From the IMG/VR virus record IMGVR_UViG_3300011678_000001, positions 192,001-256,000 of that record: a stretch of DNA of 64,000 bases. One strand, written 5' to 3'. Each line of letters begins with the position of its first letter. Position 1 is the stretch's first letter. The position numbers and the translations under genes are program-made. This stretch comes from a virus. Taxonomy: Duplodnaviria > Caudoviricetes. The notes below the pieces were generated by a model that worked only from the letters and a program-made list of their open reading frames with translations, ran no database searches and was not told the DNA's origin. Of the stretch, positions 57,890-64,000 are shown piece by piece.

Positions 57890-58249
57890 TCAACCCCGAC
57901 TGTACTGGGTGTCGACGTGCCCTAATGTGATCCAGCCCTTGTTGCTTTGGATCATCAGGTGGTTGGTGCGAAAGCCTCGCTTGACAATACGACGGTATGG
58001 CGTGTAGGTCGGTTCACGATCCCCGTCACGCCAAAGGTCCACTTCAAATCCCGGTGTGCTGACTAAATCAATCACCGCCTGTAAGCTCGCTATATGCGCC
58101 ATAACGCGTGGATCAAGATAATGCGAGGCGATGTATGGCGGAACACTTAAGTCGTCCTCTACGGCCCTTACAGCGGCTTCTAACGCTACATGGTTATAGG
58201 TAGCATCGGGGTCGAGGTCAACAGGGATGTAATCCTCTAACACGTCCAT
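57890..58249 (-). CDS. hypothetical protein
   Basis: 119 aa followed by a terminator at 57855-57885. Confidence 0.6.
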   Translation of the reverse strand: MDVLEDYIPVDLDPDATYNHVALEAAVRAVEDDLSVPPYIASHYLDPRVMAHIASLQAVIDLVSTPGFEVDLWRDGDREPTYTPYRRIVKRGFRTNHLMIQSNKGWITLGHVDTQYSRG

Positions 58250-58264
58250 GGCAAGGCTGTCTCA

Positions 58265-58753
58265 TCAAGTGCACTCGATCACCGTAAAGCGTGACCGACG
58301 GCGTGCGTATTCTTCTTGAGCCTCGTGCAAACGACGCTGCTCTTCTTTGAGTTCTTCATCCATCATGTCAATTCGGGCCAGGGCATCAATCACGGTGCCA
58401 AGGTCCTCCAATGAACTGAAGACGGCTTCAGGGTTTTCTTCATTCATCCGGACACTCAAGCAGGGCTCTTTGATCCCAATGTCCAGGATGAAGTAATCCA
58501 GTTCGCCTTCTACATCCCAGAAGCTTACCCGGATGCAGTAGTCAAACCCTTCGAGGGTGCTGCGCGAGAACGCAAGGCGTGTATCCTCATCGATCAACTC
58601 ATCGCCCATGAACTGATTGGACTCATCAAAGATCGGGATACGGTCTTGATGACGCCATTCGTGCCCATGATCGGCAGCGTGGGCTACCTTGTCTTCAATC
58701 GCACCGAACGCTGCCACCAGTGCAGCCTCTATGATAGACAACTTCATACCCAC
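58265..58753 (-). CDS. acidic hypothetical protein
   Basis: 162 aa. Confidence 0.6.
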   Translation of the reverse strand: MGMKLSIIEAALVAAFGAIEDKVAHAADHGHEWRHQDRIPIFDESNQFMGDELIDEDTRLAFSRSTLEGFDYCIRVSFWDVEGELDYFILDIGIKEPCLSVRMNEENPEAVFSSLEDLGTVIDALARIDMMDEELKEEQRRLHEAQEEYARRRSRFTVIECT

Positions 58754-58794
58754 CTCTCAAAGCCTCCGCCCGAAGACGGAGGCATGCGTCAGAA

Positions 58795-59442
58795 TCAGCT
58801 ACGGATTTCGCGGATCACCGTAAACTGCCGGCGCTTAACCGGAGCAGCTTTAGGCGAGCGCTTCGACCCTTCACTGACCGTGTTCTTGACCGCCTTGGGT
58901 TCGGCCTTCTTCGGCTGAGCTTTGGGCTGAATCTTGGCTTCCGGTTGGATACCAGCGGAATGTGCCACGGCAGCGAGTGTCATACGTTTAGGCCGATTCT
59001 CACGCGGAGTATGAATGCGCTCACTGAAATAGAAGCCCATGCCACAGTTCTTGAACTGCACGAGGTAGGCTTTCTGAGTGGTGTCGAACGCTGCAGTGAT
59101 GCCATACTCTTCGAGTAGGTCAGTCTTGCCGCCTTTAACCGCGTCCATCAGCAAGGGCTTGCTCTCGCGCACAATGGCGTCGATGCGATCTTGTAGGGAC
59201 TGGGCCAGTGCAGCGCCGTAGAAGAAGTTGTCCTTACCCTTGGCATTCGGGTTGGGGGACATGCCGTCTTTGGCCCGCTGGCGAATGTCAGCCATGTGCA
59301 GGATGTCGTCGGTCATGATCAAGCGGAAGTAGAACCCGCCTTTGAGCAGTGCCTCGGCAATCGCCTGAAGCTCGTTACGCAGGATGACTTGTTCCTGACT
59401 GAGTTCCAGGCAAGTGTTGGCTGGATCGACGAAAGCGTTCAT
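58795..59442 (-). CDS. hypothetical protein with basic C-terminal tail
   Basis: 215 aa from MNAFVDP (CAGGAG RBS). Confidence 0.65.
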   Translation of the reverse strand: MNAFVDPANTCLELSQEQVILRNELQAIAEALLKGGFYFRLIMTDDILHMADIRQRAKDGMSPNPNAKGKDNFFYGAALAQSLQDRIDAIVRESKPLLMDAVKGGKTDLLEEYGITAAFDTTQKAYLVQFKNCGMGFYFSERIHTPRENRPKRMTLAAVAHSAGIQPEAKIQPKAQPKKAEPKAVKNTVSEGSKRSPKAAPVKRRQFTVIREIRS

Positions 59443-59592
59443 GTGGTGCTCCTGTTGTCTATGCTTGAGTGTAAGGCATGTGTTGGCCATGCTTCACAGA
59501 ATGTTCGGGACCAGTTCTATATTCCTGGCTTAGAAAAAAGAAACGACATAACAACCAGTCACCGAAGTGACTGGCTGCGTGGCCGCAATTGC

Positions 59593-60057
59593 TTACTTGT
59601 CGAAAGCTGCAGCGAAGGTGTCGTTCACGTGGGTGATTACACGCTTCAGATCGCCACGCTTAGCAGCAGCGCCGCTGTCGAGCTTGACGGAGACATTGCC
59701 GTACTTGGCACGCTCTTCGGTGGCGCCCGGTGCACGGACCATGACCTTGCGATCAACCGAGGCACGGATGGTGTTGTTACCGAAGTCCAGGGACACGGAG
59801 GTACGTTCCAGATCAGGCTTGTCTTGCATGCGCTGACGGGTGGAGTTACCCAGGCCCAGGGCTACCGCACTGGCAAATACGGCTTCGGTGTTCTGAACGC
59901 GCTTGATCAGATCAAGGTCCAGACCTTCTTCGAGGTTGTCCTTCACGAAGGTTTCCGGCAGGACCGCAGCACCATCGTCGTCGTAAGACAGGCTGTCTTC
60001 AACGATTTTGCCCAGGTTCTTGATCTCATCGGATACTTTGTTCAGTACTTCGGACAT
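59593..60057 (-). CDS. hypothetical early protein
   Basis: 154 aa, GGAG RBS, strong codon bias, TACATTAC at 60157-60164. Confidence 0.7.
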   Translation of the reverse strand: MSEVLNKVSDEIKNLGKIVEDSLSYDDDGAAVLPETFVKDNLEEGLDLDLIKRVQNTEAVFASAVALGLGNSTRQRMQDKPDLERTSVSLDFGNNTIRASVDRKVMVRAPGATEERAKYGNVSVKLDSGAAAKRGDLKRVITHVNDTFAAAFDK

Positions 60058-60236
60058 CGCTATTACTCCATTTAATTTTCGTTGGTCAACACGTGTTAAC
60101 GCACATCAGTGGCGGCTGAAGTTTTTATTTACAATCAGCTTCCGATATACACAAGGGTAATGTAGCCCCACAAAAAGCTTGAATCGAATCAAATCAACAA
60201 AAGAAAAAGGACCCGAAGGCCCCTTTTCTTCCAGCC

Positions 60237-60488
60237 TTAGCTGGCAGTAGCTTCGGCCTCAGGCGCCGACTCAGTCTTATCGACAGGAGCGGTTTCAGCT
60301 TCCTTGAGGGCGTCTGCTGCATCCTTGCTCTGCTGGGCCTTCTTGGCCTTGCAGCGCTTACGCAGGTAGATGCCACCACCGGCGACCGCAACAGTCGCCA
60401 CGGCGATGCCAGCGGCTGCTACAGGGTTAGCGCGAGCTGCGCCGACAACAACAACGACAGTACCTTTGATCGCTTCGAGAATTGCCAT
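60237..60488 (-). CDS. 83-aa membrane protein
   Basis: MAILEAIKG...AAAGIAVATVAVAGGGIYLRKR; GGAG RBS. Confidence 0.7.
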   Translation of the reverse strand: MAILEAIKGTVVVVVGAARANPVAAAGIAVATVAVAGGGIYLRKRCKAKKAQQSKDAADALKEAETAPVDKTESAPEAEATAS

Positions 60489-60516
60489 GGTGTTTCTCCA
60501 AAATCTATAATGAGGT

Positions 60517-60660
60517 TTATTGAGTGATGATGCGGGTAGCGCCGCGCAGGGCGGCTTTCTTGCGTTTATCATGCTTGTCACCGATGTAACCGATCACAAG
60601 CAACAGTACCATGAACCCGGCTATAACCGCCAGGTCCATCATGGGGTTATGGTCGGCCAT
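60517..60660 (-). CDS. 47-aa single-pass membrane peptide (not in ORF track)
   Basis: MADHNPMMDLAVIAGFMVLLLVIGYIGDKHDKRKK...TQ*; AAGGAG RBS. Confidence 0.7.
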   Translation of the reverse strand: MADHNPMMDLAVIAGFMVLLLVIGYIGDKHDKRKKAALRGATRIITQ

Positions 60661-60662
60661 GT

Positions 60663-60794
60663 TTATTCTCCTTTCTCTTTCATCTTGTTGCGCAGGATTT
60701 CATTTTCCCGGCGCAGTTCATTGCGTTCGTCGTTACGGCTCTTCAACCACCAGCCCAGGCCGACACCGACAGATACAAGAATTAGCTTTTCCAT
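60663..60794 (-). CDS. 43-aa membrane-anchored coiled-coil peptide (not in ORF track)
   Basis: MEKLILVSVGVGLGWWLKSRNDERNELRRENEILRNKMKEKGE*; AAGGAG RBS. Confidence 0.7.
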   Translation of the reverse strand: MEKLILVSVGVGLGWWLKSRNDERNELRRENEILRNKMKEKGE

Positions 60795-60830
60795 GAGTAG
60801 TCTCCTTAAGACTGAGGTGAATCAGAGGGA

Positions 60831-61217
60831 TTAACGGTAGAACGATTTGGTCTCGTTCGCCACTTCAGCGACGAGCAATACAGGAAGCACTACGAAGAAC
60901 TCCATGAGAGCGCCCTCGGCTTTGATAGCGTCGATTGCTTGCAGGAACTCATCGTCTGTACAGGGTAGCAGTACGCCGTTCTCTATGCGGCCTGTGAAGG
61001 CCTTAGGCGTGAAGTAGCTGAGGATGTGGTCAGCAGTATCCAGGTCTTCCTGAATCAGCTGACTTTCATCGAAACGGCTTTCTTCTTTGAGGCGCTCGGC
61101 AATGGCATTCATCTGAGCCAAGGCTTCTTTACTGAACACCACATACTCGCCCAGCTCACGGTTGGTGAACAGGTTGGCTACTTTGGCTTTCAGGGTATCA
61201 CGAGTAATTGCAGACAC
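60831..61217 (-). CDS. acidic early protein
   Basis: 128 aa, CAGGAG RBS, GTG start; first gene after the repeated promoter. Confidence 0.68.
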   Translation of the reverse strand: MSAITRDTLKAKVANLFTNRELGEYVVFSKEALAQMNAIAERLKEESRFDESQLIQEDLDTADHILSYFTPKAFTGRIENGVLLPCTDDEFLQAIDAIKAEGALMEFFVVLPVLLVAEVANETKSFYR

Positions 61218-61253
61218 AGTTGTTCTCCTGGAACATAAGGGTTAAAACAGGAA

Positions 61254-61309
61254 GATCATTCTTCCTATTCACTGTTACTATGTATTGCTGAAAAATATTC
61301 GAATCGAAT
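61254..61309 (-). repeat. early promoter/leader repeat, copy 2
   Basis: Near-identical to 39425-39480. Confidence 0.9.
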
Positions 61310-61386
61310 TTATTTCCAGGCAAGCCAGCATAAACCCCCTGCCCTCAGCACGAAGCCGGGGACAGGGGGTTTATGACAGGTGTTGC

Positions 61387-62682
61387 TTACTTGGCAGCCT
61401 TATCAGCAGCGCGCTTGATCGCGACGTTCAGTTCGCGAATGATCGACGCCATGACAGTGAAGCCAGTGTTGTAGCAGGACCAGCCCAGACGATCCATTTC
61501 AGAGATCAGACGGACAGCAACAGCAGCTTCGGAGCTACCGGTGACCTTGGCCTTCAGTTCAGCAACCAGCTTCTTGTGCTCGGCCCACTTCTTCGGCGAC
61601 TGAGCGCGCTTGTCGCGGGTCTTGGCAGCAGCGGAAGCTACCTTGCTTGCGCCTTCGATCAGGTCATCGATCTTCACCTGCTGCTTCTTCAGCGCGCCGT
61701 AAGTGAAGTAGATGAGGCCCGACTGGTCAGCGAACAGCAGTTCAGCGATCAGGCCCTTGTGGGCTTTACGCCAGCTGACGTCCAGCTTGGCAGCGTTGGC
61801 CCAATCGCCCATGGCTTCAGCGCCCTTCACTTTGAAGGTGGAAGCTTGGAACTTGCGGTTGCCCATAACAGCGCGAGCAGCGAAGTTACGAACGACTTCA
61901 GCGCCGACGTTCTTCAGACCCTTGATCTGCTCGAGCGCTTTCTTGGCGGCGTCGGCATCTTTCCAGTCAACCTTGACAGCGATGTCGGTCGCTTTCTTGG
62001 CAGTGGCCATGGCCTGGTCGCCGTACGCGAGCAGCTCGTCCATCGCCTTACCGGTGCTGGCAGCAGCGACCGAAGGGGAAGTCATCTTGCCGTCAACGAT
62101 GAACGCCTGAACGACGCCAGTAAAGTAGGCAGCGCTACCATGGCGGGTTTCGACGTCTTTGCCAGCGTGTTGCTTCATGGCCGCGATGTTGGCTTCCAGT
62201 TCAGGAATCTCGCGGTTCATCATGCCGAGCTTGTCCCACAGGTCGGACAGGGAGTAGCTTTCCATGGTGACGTTCAGTGCCGACTCGAGGCTGGCGCTGG
62301 TGTTCAGCAGGTGTTGACGCACTTCAGCAGCACGCTGAGCTGGGTCCATCGAGGACTCCATGCCAGTAGTCTGCATGACGACGCCGTAACGACCAGTCAC
62401 AGCGTTGGCCAATGCAACGGCAGCATCGAGCTGCTCGTGGCTGACTTCTTGACCTTCAGCGATCTGAGCAGCGGCGCTGGTCAGGGTCTCGACGTCGCCT
62501 TCGACTTCAAGGCGGTCTTCGACGTAGCTTTCAGGGGTCAGCTCGTTGCTGTCGACAGCGGCTTCGTACAGCTCTTCCTGCATCTCGGCATCGGTTTGCT
62601 CGAGAGGAGTAGGCTCGGAAGGCTCACCATTCAGCGAGGCCATGGAAACGGAAAGAGCTTGTTGCAGAATCGGGTTTTTCAT
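61387..62682 (-). CDS. internal head (ejection-type) protein with acidic propeptide
   Basis: Acidic N-terminus with GME/SLE motifs (S/A/G-x-E prohead protease sites) and a basic Ala-rich mature part. Confidence 0.65.
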   Translation of the reverse strand: MKNPILQQALSVSMASLNGEPSEPTPLEQTDAEMQEELYEAAVDSNELTPESYVEDRLEVEGDVETLTSAAAQIAEGQEVSHEQLDAAVALANAVTGRYGVVMQTTGMESSMDPAQRAAEVRQHLLNTSASLESALNVTMESYSLSDLWDKLGMMNREIPELEANIAAMKQHAGKDVETRHGSAAYFTGVVQAFIVDGKMTSPSVAAASTGKAMDELLAYGDQAMATAKKATDIAVKVDWKDADAAKKALEQIKGLKNVGAEVVRNFAARAVMGNRKFQASTFKVKGAEAMGDWANAAKLDVSWRKAHKGLIAELLFADQSGLIYFTYGALKKQQVKIDDLIEGASKVASAAAKTRDKRAQSPKKWAEHKKLVAELKAKVTGSSEAAVAVRLISEMDRLGWSCYNTGFTVMASIIRELNVAIKRAADKAAK

Positions 62683-63989
62683 TTGGAAGGGTCCTTGACA
62701 GTTTTCTTGAGCACATCATTAGCGATAAGCGTGATGTTACGGTACACATACGAAGCATGGTCCTCCATCATAGTGGCGATGGACTTCCCAAGGAACATGT
62801 ATTGCGACACGCTCCGACGCGCCGCCCGATGCAGAGAACGAAGCTCCCTGACACGAATGGCATTTTCTTGCTCAGTCTTTTCGGTGTTGACGCGGTTGTA
62901 TGCATCGTCCATGTCGCTAGACATCCGAGTGATCCGCTCACCCATGGCCGCTGCCATTTGAGCAAACTTCACCACCTGGTTGTTCAGCGCAATGGTGTCG
63001 TCCAGCATACTAATGAATGCTGAAACGTCGGTTTCTCCGCCACCGGCTTTAACTTGATTGACCACCTGTTTCTGGGCAGCCACCACGTTAATGCCAGCCA
63101 CACCTCTAACAGACTTTACCGGTCCGCCAATGGAGAAGCCGTGTATCTTTTTCGTGGCCAACTGTGTCACCAGATTGTTCGCATCAGCTTCCTTGGTCGT
63201 GAACTTCCAAAGGGATTTGCTGACCCGATACTGAGGGTAACCACGTTTATCGAGGTAAATCATACGATTACCTAACAAATGAAACTTTGTCAGGTTATTG
63301 AACTCAGTGCGGTCCAGCAAGGCCTCGTCAAACTGATCGATGGCGTCGCGGATGTCACTTTCAGAATCGCTGTTGCAGGCCTCACGGAAACGCTTGCTGA
63401 GGCTGGTGGACAACTCGAACAGATGCTTGTAGTGCACTTCGCACGCCTTGATAAACTCAAGGTCTTCATCGATTGCGGTGTCCAGTCCCTTGACCGGTTT
63501 GTTGTCGCGGGTCAGGAAGTTATACGACGAAATCGAGTCCAACAGCACAGGCTTGGCCTCAATGGCCTCTTTGTGTTTGGTGATCTCGTTGCGAATGGCG
63601 ACCAAGTCTTTCCCGAAGGTTTTCATCAAGGTAGCCATCGTGCCAAAGGTGCGCTTCAAGGATCGGATCAGGTCCGATTCCATTGAAGGGCGGTGCAGCA
63701 TTTCCATGGCAACGCGCAGTTCCTGTACCAGCGCTTCCCCAGTCTGGGCATTGCCGGTGATCATGTCACGATGAGATGCTCGCCATTCCCGATACGTCTG
63801 TTCAGCTTCCAGAATATCGACAACTGACCCGTCGGCCATGGTGATCTGCTCAACGCAGGCTTCCAAGGTCATGCGACTGGCATCAATGTCGGCCATTTCC
63901 GAAATCACGGGAAGTGCCGGAGCCAGAGAGGTCTCTGACTCCAAGCGCTCGACAGCATCCACCAACGCAGTGTTGATGGGGTCTTGCAT
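62679..63989 (-). CDS. internal head protein with acidic propeptide
   Basis: AME and SMES motifs; GGAGG RBS; architecture similar to 61387..62682. Confidence 0.62.
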   Translation of the reverse strand: MQDPINTALVDAVERLESETSLAPALPVISEMADIDASRMTLEACVEQITMADGSVVDILEAEQTYREWRASHRDMITGNAQTGEALVQELRVAMEMLHRPSMESDLIRSLKRTFGTMATLMKTFGKDLVAIRNEITKHKEAIEAKPVLLDSISSYNFLTRDNKPVKGLDTAIDEDLEFIKACEVHYKHLFELSTSLSKRFREACNSDSESDIRDAIDQFDEALLDRTEFNNLTKFHLLGNRMIYLDKRGYPQYRVSKSLWKFTTKEADANNLVTQLATKKIHGFSIGGPVKSVRGVAGINVVAAQKQVVNQVKAGGGETDVSAFISMLDDTIALNNQVVKFAQMAAAMGERITRMSSDMDDAYNRVNTEKTEQENAIRVRELRSLHRAARRSVSQYMFLGKSIATMMEDHASYVYRNITLIANDVLKKTVKDPSK

Positions 63990-64000
63990 TTACCACCTCC

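Noticed and set aside
61285-62961. 558-aa plus-strand ORF
   Set aside because: Antisense shadow of the head protein genes
1-64000. tRNA genes, CRISPR arrays, alternative genetic code
   Set aside because: No cloverleaf or repeat-spacer pattern noticed by eye; core genes are full length under the standard code and use all three stop codons

Overview
A 64 kb segment of a nucleus-forming, phiKZ-like jumbo phage genome (Chimalliviridae-type), mostly coded on the minus strand. The conserved core block includes an SF2 helicase (partial, absent from the ORF track), non-virion RNA polymerase subunits (gp74-, gp71-73-, gp68- and gp55-56.1-like), PicA/Imp1, ChmC, SbcD, chimallin ChmA, family B DNA polymerase, tubulin PhuZ, large terminase, tail sheath and tube, and head proteins. 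The gp55-like subunit is split inside its NADFDG|D motif by a 1390-nt group I intron carrying an HNH gene. The most unusual signal concerns the five free-standing homing endonuclease genes (HEGs). Four of them sit beside a neighbouring gene end, with a decayed copy of that end on their far side; this is clear at the phuZ 5' end and at a gp59-position 3' end, and weaker at two other sites. It suggests an intron-free 'terminus replacement' mode of invasion. Other findings are a catalytically dead GIY-YIG fusion protein, two early cassettes sharing a ~56-bp promoter/leader and encoding unannotated single-pass membrane peptides, a CGGCATA motif fixed against terminator hairpins, an array of about ten divergent paralogs upstream of the polymerase, and an FG/R-rich disordered tail next to picA. 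phiKZ gp numbers are assigned from motifs, size and synteny recalled from memory, not from a database search.
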